From: an uncultured bacterium
Lineage (GTDB): Bacteria; Bacteroidota; Ignavibacteria; OLB7
NCBI GenBank assembly: GCA_966250335.1
Contig: CBINGZ010000019.1
Span: 13,767-77,766, forward strand
Direction: 5' to 3'
DNA length: 64,000 nt
Shown here: one piece after another, positions 1 through 9,204 of the stretch
Layout of the letters: each line of letters starts with the position of its first letter
Numbering within the stretch: position 1 is the stretch's first letter
Translations under genes and position numbers: made by a program
The notes under the pieces: generated by a model
What the model was told of the DNA's origin: nothing
The model's input: the letters and a program-made list of their open reading frames with translations, nothing else
Databases searched by the model: none

Positions 1-210
1 TATTCGATGACGACGTTCTGCGTGGTATCTATTTGTACTTTCATCATGCTTCGCCTAAGTTCGTGGCGGCCGAACGCTCGACCGTCCGATAGAATAATGG
101 GCCCGATCCTCTACGGGTGGCGGCAATATCGTGATTCTTGCGCGATGTTGCGATCGACGGTCACCCCTCAAGAACATATCCCAACCGAGCCGATCCCGAC
201 GCAATCATGA
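1..210 (+). CDS. 3' end of an upstream gene, partial at the window edge; hydrophobic C-terminus, possibly the RDD-family membrane protein that usually precedes this operon
   Basis: Frame 1 is open from nt 1 to the TGA at 208-210. That stop overlaps the next gene's ATG (207) as ATGA, which suggests translational coupling. The translated C-terminus has a hydrophobic stretch (TTFCVVSICTFIMLRL). Confidence 0.4.
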   Translation, partial: YSMTTFCVVSICTFIMLRLSSWRPNARPSDRIMGPILYGWRQYRDSCAMLRSTVTPQEHIPTEPIPTQS

Positions 211-1175
211 GAGAACCGGCATTCCTGCATCAGAACGCCGACCGGTGGAAGCAGTTCGAAACGCTGCTGGCTTCCAGAAAAGGGACCGATCCCGATCAAC
301 TGGCCGAGCTGTTCGTGCAGCTTACGGACGATCTCTCCTATGCCCGGACCTTCTATCCCGGGAGCAAGACCACGCGGTACCTGAACGGTCTGGCGGGGAA
401 GGTCCACCAGGAGATCTATCGTAACAGGAAGGAACGGAGCGGAAGATTCGCGGCGTTCTGGCGCTACGAGGTCCCGACCGAGATATGGCGGGCACGTCGG
501 GAAATGTCGTACTCTGCGGTATTCTTCCTCCTCTCGATGCTGATCGGCGCCGTCTCGGCGGCCAACGACGCCTCCTTCGTGCGGCTGATCCTTGGGGATT
601 CCTACGTCAACATGACGCTGGACAATATCAGCAGGGGAGATCCCTTCGCCGTCTACGGGACGATGTCGGAGGGGAGCATGTTCCTCTACATCACGGTGAA
701 CAATATCCTCGTTGCTCTCAAAACCTTCGCCTTCGGCATCGCTTTATCGCTGGGAACCGTCTACAGCCTCTTTCTCAACGGCGTCATGCTCGGCTCGTTC
801 GAGCATTTCCTCTACCAGCACGGGGTCTTCACCGAGTCGCTCACGGCGGTCTGGATCCACGGCACCCTGGAGATCACCTCCATCGTCATCGCCGGCGGCG
901 CCGGGCTGGTGATGGGGAACAGCGTTCTCTTCCCGAAAACGTATTCACGGGTCGATTCGCTGGTGATCGGGGCGAAGCGCGGGTTGAAGATCGTGGTGGG
1001 TCTGGTGCCGATCTTCGTGATGGCGGGGTTCCTTGAATCGTTCGTGACACGACATTATCAGTATCATATCGCACTGAATCTGGCGGTCATCATTCCGTCG
1101 TTCCTGTTCATTGTGGGATATTTCTTCGTCTATCCCTATTACCTGCACAAACGGTCCAGTGATGCAAGCGTCTGA
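207..1175 (+). CDS. SpoIIM-like (DUF95) integral membrane protein
   Basis: 323-aa ORF with multiple TM helices. It resembles the stage II sporulation M-like family found upstream of MoxR/DUF58 clusters. The ATG at 207 overlaps the upstream stop. Confidence 0.7.
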   Translation: MREPAFLHQNADRWKQFETLLASRKGTDPDQLAELFVQLTDDLSYARTFYPGSKTTRYLNGLAGKVHQEIYRNRKERSGRFAAFWRYEVPTEIWRARREMSYSAVFFLLSMLIGAVSAANDASFVRLILGDSYVNMTLDNISRGDPFAVYGTMSEGSMFLYITVNNILVALKTFAFGIALSLGTVYSLFLNGVMLGSFEHFLYQHGVFTESLTAVWIHGTLEITSIVIAGGAGLVMGNSVLFPKTYSRVDSLVIGAKRGLKIVVGLVPIFVMAGFLESFVTRHYQYHIALNLAVIIPSFLFIVGYFFVYPYYLHKRSSDASV

Positions 1176-2031
1176 AGAAACAGAACTCTGGAAGATCCGC
1201 ACCGCCGGCGACGCCATCAGTGACGGTCTGGTCTTCCTGCGCCGCCATTTCCGGACGCTCGGCAAGAGCCTCCTCTACATCGGCGGGCCCCCCCTGCTGC
1301 TGCTCAATTTCATCGGATGGTGGGTTTCGATCGATGATGTCAACGCGCCGTCGTTCTCCATGATCCTGGCCACCGGCTTCAAGTCGGTAATCATATCGTA
1401 TGCGCTCGGTTTCGCCAACCTCCATCTGATGATCGCGATCGTGGCGGAGTATGTGAGGGCGTATGAGGAACTCGGTGAGGAGGTCGAGGTGTGGCAGGTG
1501 TGGGAGGCCGTGAAGCAGGATAGCGGCAAGATCATCATCTCCATTCTTCTGATGATGATCATGGTCGCGATGGGAAGTCTGTTCTTCGCCGTCGGCGGGA
1601 TATATCTCTATGTGCTCTTCTCCACCGTGCTGGTGGTGGCGATACGGGAGGATCTCGATATATCGCAGGCCTTCTCACGGAACTACGAACTGCAGAAGAC
1701 GCAGTGGTGGAGCACCTTCGGCGTGGTCGTGCTGACCTGGCTTCTGACGATGCTTCTCCAGTGGATCACCTCGCTCCCCACCTTCATCCTGATCTGGACC
1801 GAGGAGTTCACCGACGGGACCTTTACTGCCGAGTCGACGCAGAGTCCCTGGTCGCTCGGCGCACTGCTCCTTGCCCAGCTCGGCGCGGCCCTGACGCAGA
1901 TCGTCCCCGCCGTGGCGCTGGTGATGCACTATTACACGCTCGGCGAACGGCACGACGGCACCGGTATCCTGCGGCGGATCGAAGGGCTCGGCGAGACCCG
2001 CGTGGAAGCGAAGGAGAACTATCAGTGGTGA
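1162..2031 (+). CDS. hypothetical polytopic membrane protein
   Basis: Start ATG at 1162 (MQASEETELW...) overlaps the previous gene by 14 nt. There are 5-6 hydrophobic helices. The stop overlaps the next gene's GTG (GTGA at 2028-2031). Confidence 0.6.
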   Translation: MQASEETELWKIRTAGDAISDGLVFLRRHFRTLGKSLLYIGGPPLLLLNFIGWWVSIDDVNAPSFSMILATGFKSVIISYALGFANLHLMIAIVAEYVRAYEELGEEVEVWQVWEAVKQDSGKIIISILLMMIMVAMGSLFFAVGGIYLYVLFSTVLVVAIREDLDISQAFSRNYELQKTQWWSTFGVVVLTWLLTMLLQWITSLPTFILIWTEEFTDGTFTAESTQSPWSLGALLLAQLGAALTQIVPAVALVMHYYTLGERHDGTGILRRIEGLGETRVEAKENYQW

Positions 2032-2867
2032 CCGCTGCGGCCCGATCGATCATATCGCATCGTCGCGCAACCTCTCTGGCGCTCTGCCTGGCGATCGCTC
2101 CCCTGTTTGCCGCCGGAGCGCTTGCGCAGGATTCGACCGAGACGACGGAGGACTCCGCCGCCCATCCCGCGATCGCCGTCACACTCGACAGTTCGGAGAT
2201 CACCCCCGTTCCCGTTCCCGAGGAGGAACTGGCCGCGTTCCGGGATGACCCCGAGTTCGACTACGTGGAGAAGGTGACGCCGGAGGGGGAGTCGTTCCTG
2301 AGCCGTATCCTGAGGGAGATCAACGAGGCCCTCATCGATCTCATGCCGGACGGCGACAGCTCGTTCCTCGATCTCTTCACGATGATCGGGCTTGCGGTCG
2401 CCGCGGTGATCCTCGTGGTTCTGATCTCGGGGATCGGGAGGTCGTTCATGCGTCCCGCGGCCCGGCTGACGTCGGACATGAAGGAGATCGACGAGAACAT
2501 TCACGAGATGGATTTCGAGGCGCTGATCGCCGAGGCGGTCGGCGCGGGACGCTACCGCAGGGCGGTCCGGCTTCTCTATCTGAGATCGCTCAAGAAGATG
2601 ACGGATCGCGGTGTGATAGAATGGCGTCTCGACAGAACCAACCACGACTACATGCGTCAGCTCGGGGCATCGGCGCCGCAGGCCCTCCCTCCCTTCCGTG
2701 AGGCCACGCTGGCGTTCGAGTATGTCTGGTACGGCGATCTCGGGGTCGACTCCACGAAGTTCGAACGGATATGGAGAACGTTCGAGGGACTCGACGATAC
2801 GATACGACAGGCCCCCGTGCGGACGGCGGGAACGGCCGCGACAAACCAGCATCAGCGAACATCGTGA
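2028..2867 (+). CDS. DUF4129-like protein (signal peptide/TM, C-terminal W/Y-rich conserved block)
   Basis: GTG start inferred from the GTGA overlap with the upstream stop. Signal-like N-terminus (LALCLAIAPLFAAGALAQ), an internal TM, and a C-terminal motif (RLLYLRSL...EW...TNHDY) typical of DUF4129. Confidence 0.6.
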   Translation: MTAAARSIISHRRATSLALCLAIAPLFAAGALAQDSTETTEDSAAHPAIAVTLDSSEITPVPVPEEELAAFRDDPEFDYVEKVTPEGESFLSRILREINEALIDLMPDGDSSFLDLFTMIGLAVAAVILVVLISGIGRSFMRPAARLTSDMKEIDENIHEMDFEALIAEAVGAGRYRRAVRLLYLRSLKKMTDRGVIEWRLDRTNHDYMRQLGASAPQALPPFREATLAFEYVWYGDLGVDSTKFERIWRTFEGLDDTIRQAPVRTAGTAATNQHQRTS

Positions 2868-4045
2868 AGCGTAATCGATCATTCGTCATCCTGCTGGTCC
2901 TCCTCTTCCTGGCGATCCTTGTGATCCGTCTGGGGGCTCCCTCCCGGCGGCAGATCGACTGGAGACCTTCGTTTTCCGGGAACGACAAGATCCCGTACGG
3001 CGCCCATGTGCTCCGGAGAATCATGCCGAAGATTATCGGGTCGGATGAGATCACGGAGCTGACGGAGACGATCTACAGCGAGAGCTTCCGTCTCGAGGAT
3101 GGGAAGACCTGTTTCTTCCTCAACCGGAGTTTCGAGCCGGACGATCTCGATGTGGAGCGGCTGCTCGACTTCGTCCACCGCGGGAACACCCTCTTCGTTG
3201 CCGCCGAGCGCTTCTCCGAGGCCTTCAGCGACACGCTCGGCTTTTCGCTGGGAGACGTCTTCGCGATGGGGAACGATTCGAGCGATGTCGATCTCGTCAA
3301 CCCGCGCCTGGAGCCCGACCGGAGCTACGGGTACGGCGAGGCGCGCGCGCGCACCCATTTCGAGACGTTCGATACGGTCAACTCGACGGCTCTGGGGCGG
3401 ACGGAAGGGGGAAGATATAACTATATCCGTATACGATTCGGTGACGGCGATCTCTTCATCAGCACGATTCCCTACGCCTTCACCAACATCTACCTGCTGG
3501 ACAGCAGCAGGGACGACTACGCGATCCGGGCGCTCTCCTATCTGCCGAAGGCGCCGCTGATCTGGGACGAATATTACAAGGATGGGAAGAGGGAGAACGG
3601 GAAGCGGATGGGATATGTTCTGAGCGAGCCCGCGCTCAAGTGGGCGCTCTATCTCTCCTTCATCGCCGCCGCGCTCTTCATTCTCTTCGAAGGGAAGCGC
3701 CGCCAGCGGATGATACCGATCGTCCGTCCCGTGCAGAACACGTCGCTGGAGTTCGTGGAGACCGTCGGCCGGCTCTACTTCCAGCACGGGGATCACAGAA
3801 AGATCGCGGAGAAGAAGATCACCTACTTCCTGGAATATGTCCGTTCGACGTTCGGTCTGGACACCGGAACCAGGGACGAGGCGTTCTTCACGGCCCTCAC
3901 GGCCCGTTCCGGAGTCGATCATGAGACGATACGTCGTCTTTTCGGGCGGATCGGGGCGATCCTGTCGTCCTCGTCGCTGGCCGAGGTCGAGCTCGGGAAG
4001 CTGAACACGGATATCGAGCAATTTCACAGAGAGGTAAAACGATAG
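2864..4045 (+). CDS. DUF4350-like membrane-anchored protein
   Basis: GTG at 2864 overlaps the upstream TGA (GTGA). It has an N-terminal TM (FVILLVLLFLAILVI) and a second TM near residue 270. Its position directly upstream of MoxR is conserved in Bacteroidetes-type clusters. Confidence 0.6.
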   Translation: MKRNRSFVILLVLLFLAILVIRLGAPSRRQIDWRPSFSGNDKIPYGAHVLRRIMPKIIGSDEITELTETIYSESFRLEDGKTCFFLNRSFEPDDLDVERLLDFVHRGNTLFVAAERFSEAFSDTLGFSLGDVFAMGNDSSDVDLVNPRLEPDRSYGYGEARARTHFETFDTVNSTALGRTEGGRYNYIRIRFGDGDLFISTIPYAFTNIYLLDSSRDDYAIRALSYLPKAPLIWDEYYKDGKRENGKRMGYVLSEPALKWALYLSFIAAALFILFEGKRRQRMIPIVRPVQNTSLEFVETVGRLYFQHGDHRKIAEKKITYFLEYVRSTFGLDTGTRDEAFFTALTARSGVDHETIRRLFGRIGAILSSSSLAEVELGKLNTDIEQFHREVKR

Positions 4046-4048
4046 CCA

Positions 4049-5023
4049 ATGCAGGATTCAACATTCACCTATACCGGGACCACGGATCTGCGCGATACGG
4101 TCGACGCGGTAAAGGCCGAGGTCGCCAAGATCGTGGTGGGGCAGCACGAGATGATCGATCTGCTGATCGCCGCCATCCTCGCCGACGGTCATGTCCTGAT
4201 AGAAGGGGTGCCGGGGATCGCCAAGACCCTTACCGCGAAGCTGGTCGCCCGCACGCTGGAGGTCGGGTTTTCCCGCATCCAGTTCACTCCGGATCTGATG
4301 CCCTCGGATATCCTCGGCACGTCGATCTTCAACCCGAAGACGACGGAGTTCGAGTTCCGTCGCGGTCCGATCTTCAATAACCTGATCCTGATCGACGAGA
4401 TCAACCGCGCCCCGGCCAAGACGCAGTCCGCCCTCTTCGAGGTGATGGAGGAGCGCCAGGTGACGGTGGATGGAACCACCTACACGATCGGCGATCCCTT
4501 CCTGGTGATCGCCACGCAGAACCCGGTGGAGCAGGAGGGAACGTACCGTCTGCCGGAGGCGCAGCTCGACAGATTCCTCTTCAAGATCGAGGTGGGATAT
4601 CCATCGCTGGACGATGAGACCCGTATCCTGCAGCAGGCGCACAACCGCAAGGATCAGCACGACCTGAGCGTGGTCGGGGCGGTGATCGACGGCGCCAGGA
4701 TCGCGGCGCTCCGTACCAGGGCCCGCGCCGTGCGGGTCGAGGATCAGCTGCTGCGATATATCGTGCAGATCGTGAACGGCACGCGCGACAATCCCTCCCT
4801 CTTCCTTGGAGCCTCCCCCAGAGCCTCGCTGGCGATCATGGCGGGATCGAAGGCGCTGGCGGCGATGGCCGGTCGAGACTTCATCACGCCGGAGGATATC
4901 AGGCGCGTGGTGGAGCCGGTGCTGCGCCACAGGATTCTTCTCACGCCGGAGAGGGAGATGGAGGGGCAGACCCCGAAGGATATCATCAGGCAGATCGTGG
5001 AACGGATCGAGGTGCCGCGCTGA
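4049..5023 (+). CDS. MoxR-family AAA+ ATPase
   Basis: Walker A GVPGIAKT, Walker B LILIDEINRA, and the ATQNP...EGTYRLPEAQLDRF sensor block; 324 aa. Confidence 0.95.
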   Translation: MQDSTFTYTGTTDLRDTVDAVKAEVAKIVVGQHEMIDLLIAAILADGHVLIEGVPGIAKTLTAKLVARTLEVGFSRIQFTPDLMPSDILGTSIFNPKTTEFEFRRGPIFNNLILIDEINRAPAKTQSALFEVMEERQVTVDGTTYTIGDPFLVIATQNPVEQEGTYRLPEAQLDRFLFKIEVGYPSLDDETRILQQAHNRKDQHDLSVVGAVIDGARIAALRTRARAVRVEDQLLRYIVQIVNGTRDNPSLFLGASPRASLAIMAGSKALAAMAGRDFITPEDIRRVVEPVLRHRILLTPEREMEGQTPKDIIRQIVERIEVPR

Positions 5024-5063
5024 GCGGCGCCGGGGCTTCTCTCATATCATATCGGTTGACGAC

Positions 5064-6395
5064 TTGAATTTCCTCAGGAGTCTATATCTCGATCGCCGGG
5101 TCTTCATATCGCTTGGGGGCCTGGTGGTGTTCTTCGTGCTGGCGTATCAGTATCCGGCGCTCTTCCCGATCGTACAGGGGGGAGTGCTGGTGCTTGCGGT
5201 GCTGCTGATTCTGGACATCGTCATTCTCTACAGGTCGGGGGAGTCGATCCGTGCCGTGCGCGAGCTTCCGGAGAAGTTCTCCAACGGAGACGACAACGAG
5301 GTTCGTATCTATGTCGAAAACCGATACGGATTCCCCATCGGCGTCCGTATCGTCGACGAGCTTCCCGTGCAGTTCCAGCGGCGCGATCTCCATATCGACA
5401 CGGTGATCTCCTCCGGCGACCGGAAGGTCTTCGAGTATACGGTCAGGCCGGTGAAGCGGGGGGAATATCACTTCGGCGTCGTCAACGTCTTCGTCTCCGG
5501 TCCGCTTCGGCTGGGGCGGCGCAGGTTCAGGCTCGATAGCGAGAGGATGGTCCCGGTCTACCCGTCGTTTCTGCAGATGCGCCGTTACGAGCTGCTGGCG
5601 ATCTCCAACAGACTGGCCGAGGCGGGGGTCAAGAAGATCCGCCGGATCGGGCAGACGATGGAGTTCGACCAGATCCGCGAATATGTGCGCGGCGATGATT
5701 TCAGGACGATCAACTGGAAGGCGACGGCGCGCTCCCGTTCGTTCATGGTGAACCAGTACCAGGACGAACGATCGCAGCAGGTCTACATGGTGATCGACAA
5801 GGGGCGGGTGATGAAGATGCCGTTCGAGGGGATGACCCTGCTCGACTATGCGATCAACACCAGCCTGGTCCTCTCCAATATCGCGTTGCTGAAACAGGAC
5901 AAGGCGGGGCTTATCACGTTTGCCGATACGATCGGCGCCGTCCTGCCGGCCGACAGGAAGCGTGTGCAGATGCGCAGAATCCAGGAGGTGCTCTACAACC
6001 AGAAGACGAATTTCGCCGAGACCGACTTCGAGTCGCTCTACGTCAACATCAGGCAGAAGCTCACCACGCGAAGCCTGGTCATGATCTACACCAACTTCGA
6101 GACGCTCTCGTCGATGCGGCGCCAGTTGCCCTATCTGCGCAAGCTGGCGCGAATACATCTGGTTGTGGTGATATTCTTCGAGAACACCGAACTCCGTTCG
6201 CTGCTCGACCGTCCGACCGGCACGACCGAGGAGATCTATATCAAGACCATCGCCGAGAAATTCTCCTTCGAGAAACGTCAGATCGCCAAGGAGCTGCAGC
6301 GCTACGGCATCCATTCCATCCTTACGCCTCCCGCCGGACTGACCGTCAATACAATAAATAAATATCTGGAGATCAAGGCGCGGCGCCTTATCTGA
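5064..6395 (+). CDS. DUF58 (vWA-like) protein, partner of MoxR
   Basis: Two N-terminal TM helices and a DUF58 core (EFDQIREYVRGDDFRTINWKATAR). The start is uncertain: there is no in-frame ATG after the MoxR stop, and the first plausible start is TTG 5064. The longer 4806 ORF overlaps MoxR and is unlikely. Confidence 0.8.
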   Translation: MNFLRSLYLDRRVFISLGGLVVFFVLAYQYPALFPIVQGGVLVLAVLLILDIVILYRSGESIRAVRELPEKFSNGDDNEVRIYVENRYGFPIGVRIVDELPVQFQRRDLHIDTVISSGDRKVFEYTVRPVKRGEYHFGVVNVFVSGPLRLGRRRFRLDSERMVPVYPSFLQMRRYELLAISNRLAEAGVKKIRRIGQTMEFDQIREYVRGDDFRTINWKATARSRSFMVNQYQDERSQQVYMVIDKGRVMKMPFEGMTLLDYAINTSLVLSNIALLKQDKAGLITFADTIGAVLPADRKRVQMRRIQEVLYNQKTNFAETDFESLYVNIRQKLTTRSLVMIYTNFETLSSMRRQLPYLRKLARIHLVVVIFFENTELRSLLDRPTGTTEEIYIKTIAEKFSFEKRQIAKELQRYGIHSILTPPAGLTVNTINKYLEIKARRLI

Positions 6396-6711
6396 AGCCT
6401 TTCGCGGGTATTGTTCCACCGCTGCAATAATTGCCGTAGAGGGCTCTATTCGCGCAGTTTCCGCTCATTATTTACCGGTACAATGAACGCTCCACTGTCG
6501 GCGTCATAGAGCGTACCGATGAATAACAGAGACTATCTGAAGCACTTTTTCCACCTGCAGAAGCCGTTCCGGCATTCTTCTCCAAGGCCCCGCTGAACCC
6601 GGGCGGGGAGGCCCTACACGATTTGACGGACAAGGCGCGCACGTCGAGTGCAGCGCCCGGAGCATTACCGTGCCGTGACGCGACGTTGACATCAACATTC
6701 ATCAACAACAG

Positions 6712-7878
6712 TTGTTCTACATGATGCGATATAAAGGCGTTTTTCCTCTTCTCTTCGCTGCCGTTGCTCTCACCGTTGTCGGCTGTCAGGATGCCGATCT
6801 TCCCACCTCCGGCGATTCCGGAACGAACGAGACGCAGATCTCCCAGAAATTTACTCCCAATCCCGAAGGGACCGACCGCTACATTGTCGTGATGGAGGAG
6901 GGGGCCACGGGTGAAGGATTCTCCAAGGCGGTCACCGATCTTACATCGCAGTATGGTGTGACTCCCGAGGTATCGTTCAAGCATTCGATCAGCGGATTCG
7001 CGGCGCGTCTGAGCGCCGGCAGGGCGGCGGAGCTTGCGGCCAACCCGCGGGTCAAGTATGTGGAGCCGGACTACAAGGTGCAGCTTGTGACGACCCCGTA
7101 CGTGAACACCACGGTCGGCGGCCAGACCACCCCGTGGGGTGTGAAGAGGGTGGGGGGATCGCGTGACGGCTCGGGGAAGGTCGCCTGGATCGTCGACACC
7201 GGCATCGATTTCGAGCACGCCGACCTGAACGTCGACAGGACGCGCAGCCGCAACTTCGTCCCGGACGGACGCACGGCCGATGACGGCAACGGCCACGGAA
7301 CGCACGTGGCGGGGATCGTCGGCGCCAGGAACAACGGTCGCGACGTGATCGGAGTGGCAGCGAACGCCACGCTCGTCGCCGTCCGCGTGCTCGACAATAA
7401 TGGATCGGGATATTACTCCTCGATGATCGCCGGCATGGATTATATCGCGGCGAATGCAAAGGCCGGCGACGTCGTCAATATGAGCCTCGGCGGTCCCGCC
7501 TCCAACGGTCTGGACGATGCGGTGCGCCGTGTGGCGAACAAGGGGATCAAGGTGGTGATCGCCGCCGGCAACAGCGCGGTCAACGCCGTCAACACGTCGC
7601 CGGCCCGCGTGAATCTCTCGAACGTCTACACGGTCTCGGCGACCGATCAGTGGGACAAGTTCGCGTCGTTCAGCAACTACGGCAACCCGCCGGTCGATAT
7701 CGCGGCTCCTGGTGTCTACATCCTCTCCACCAGGAACGGCGGCGGCACGGTCTACATGAGCGGCACATCGATGGCCGCCCCGCACGTCGCCGGCCTGCTC
7801 CTCTTCGGATACGTCAGGACGAACGGGACGGCGCAGAACGATCCGGACGGCAACGCCGATCGCATCGCATATCGATAA
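6712..7878 (+). CDS. subtilisin-like S8 serine peptidase, lipoprotein, with N-terminal I9 propeptide
   Basis: Lipobox LTVVGC and a catalytic triad in context: DTGID, HGTHVAG, GTSMAAPHVAG. Confidence 0.9.
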   Translation: MFYMMRYKGVFPLLFAAVALTVVGCQDADLPTSGDSGTNETQISQKFTPNPEGTDRYIVVMEEGATGEGFSKAVTDLTSQYGVTPEVSFKHSISGFAARLSAGRAAELAANPRVKYVEPDYKVQLVTTPYVNTTVGGQTTPWGVKRVGGSRDGSGKVAWIVDTGIDFEHADLNVDRTRSRNFVPDGRTADDGNGHGTHVAGIVGARNNGRDVIGVAANATLVAVRVLDNNGSGYYSSMIAGMDYIAANAKAGDVVNMSLGGPASNGLDDAVRRVANKGIKVVIAAGNSAVNAVNTSPARVNLSNVYTVSATDQWDKFASFSNYGNPPVDIAAPGVYILSTRNGGGTVYMSGTSMAAPHVAGLLLFGYVRTNGTAQNDPDGNADRIAYR

Positions 7879-7901
7879 GGAACTGTTTTTCCTCCCCTGT
7901 T

Positions 7902-7937
7902 CGAACGGCGTCTTCCGGATAACGGAGACGCCGTTCG
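7902..7937 (+). terminator. 12-bp perfect stem hairpin downstream of the subtilisin gene
   Basis: CGAACGGCGTCT / AGACGCCGTTCG with a 12-nt loop, followed by TATTTCC. Confidence 0.4.
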
Positions 7938-8048
7938 TATTTCCGGGGGTGCGGGGTCAAGGGTAAATCCGGTAACTTCACCCTCGTACAGTGCCCTACG
8001 GCGCAGGGGCTCCTGCTCCCGTCCCACGAATCAACATCTCCCTGTACG

Positions 8049-9197
8049 ATGATTCATCCGACCGATGCGATCGCCGCCGCTCTTATCGAGGCCGGCCTCG
8101 AACTCTTCACCCATGTCCCCGGTTACGGCGGGACCGAATGTTTCGAGGCGCTGCGGCGCATGACGGGGCGGAATCTTCCCATGTCGTATCACGAGGAGAG
8201 TGCATACACGATCGCCCACGGCGCGGCGCTGACGGGGACTCGCGCGGCCGCGCTGATGAAGTCGCACGGCGCGGCGAAGGCGGCGAACAGCATCATCGAT
8301 TCTCTCTTCGCCGGGACCGAGGCCGCGCTCCTTCTCCTCGTGTTCGACGACCGTCAGGGGAAGCATTCCGATTCGATCTTCGACATCGACGGTTTTCTGG
8401 AGGGGTGCAGGATTCCATGCTCACGGCTGGATGGAGGAGATCCGCGCTCGACGGTGTTCCGGGCGATCGAGCAATCGGAGCGGCTGCGGCTCCCTGTCGC
8501 GCTGGTGATGGAGGCGGGGGAGAGCGATGTGAGCGATGCTCCACGCCTTGAACCGCCCCCTTTACGCCATCATGGTCGTGAACGAGACATCACGCGGCAT
8601 CTGGTCGGTCCTTTGTTCGCGATATATCAGAGGGATGTTCTGGAAGCGAAGCTCTCCGGATCGGACCCCGATGCGCTTCCCGTGCCTCCGCTTCCGATCG
8701 TTCCCGATTCGCTCCCCCCTGCATGGCGTGAAGCGGTCGAGGTCTATCGTCCCTTCTTCGAAGCCTTCCGTGCGGTTCGCGGTTCTGTCGTGACGGGAGA
8801 TACCGGTCTTTCCAGCCTCTTCGCCCTGCCGCCGTTCAACTGCGTGGATATCACGACCTACATGGGAGGAAGCGTGCCGCTGGCGCTTGGGGCGATGCTC
8901 GCCGGGCATCGCGACGCATGGTCGGTCACCGGAGATTTCTCGTTTATCGCCGCCGGCCATCTTGGGCTGATCGAGGCGCTGGAGCGGGATCTGCCGCTGA
9001 AGACCGTCATCTTCGACAACCGACGCGCCGAGACCACGGGAGGACAGAAGATCACCGACGGGGTGCTGGATCGTATCCTGACGGGATATGAGCGATATGT
9101 GCGCGAGGTCCCGGCCGCCGATCGTGTCGCGATAGACGCCGTGCTCGCTGAAGCGAAGAGAGCCGACGAGATGCGTATCGTGGTCGTCCGCTGCTGA
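8049..9197 (+). CDS. thiamine-pyrophosphate-dependent enzyme, fused PYR+PP domains (phosphono/sulfopyruvate-decarboxylase-like)
   Basis: 382 aa. The N-terminal half is PYR-domain-like. The C-terminus has the TPP-binding signature GDFSFIAAGHLG...FDNRRAETTGGQ. The specific substrate is not determinable from sequence. Confidence 0.65.
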   Translation: MIHPTDAIAAALIEAGLELFTHVPGYGGTECFEALRRMTGRNLPMSYHEESAYTIAHGAALTGTRAAALMKSHGAAKAANSIIDSLFAGTEAALLLLVFDDRQGKHSDSIFDIDGFLEGCRIPCSRLDGGDPRSTVFRAIEQSERLRLPVALVMEAGESDVSDAPRLEPPPLRHHGRERDITRHLVGPLFAIYQRDVLEAKLSGSDPDALPVPPLPIVPDSLPPAWREAVEVYRPFFEAFRAVRGSVVTGDTGLSSLFALPPFNCVDITTYMGGSVPLALGAMLAGHRDAWSVTGDFSFIAAGHLGLIEALERDLPLKTVIFDNRRAETTGGQKITDGVLDRILTGYERYVREVPAADRVAIDAVLAEAKRADEMRIVVVRC

Positions 9198-9204
9198 TTC
9201 CCTC

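Noticed and set aside
2022-6419. Series of long minus-strand ORFs (2022..2882, 2879..4027, 4058..4930, 5082..6419) antisense to the MoxR/DUF58 operon
   Set aside because: The plus strand carries recognisable MoxR, DUF58 and membrane-protein signatures with operon-style overlaps. The minus ORFs are Arg/Pro-rich.
6472-7785. 437-aa minus-strand ORF antisense to the subtilisin gene
   Set aside because: The subtilisin catalytic triad and lipobox lie on the plus strand.
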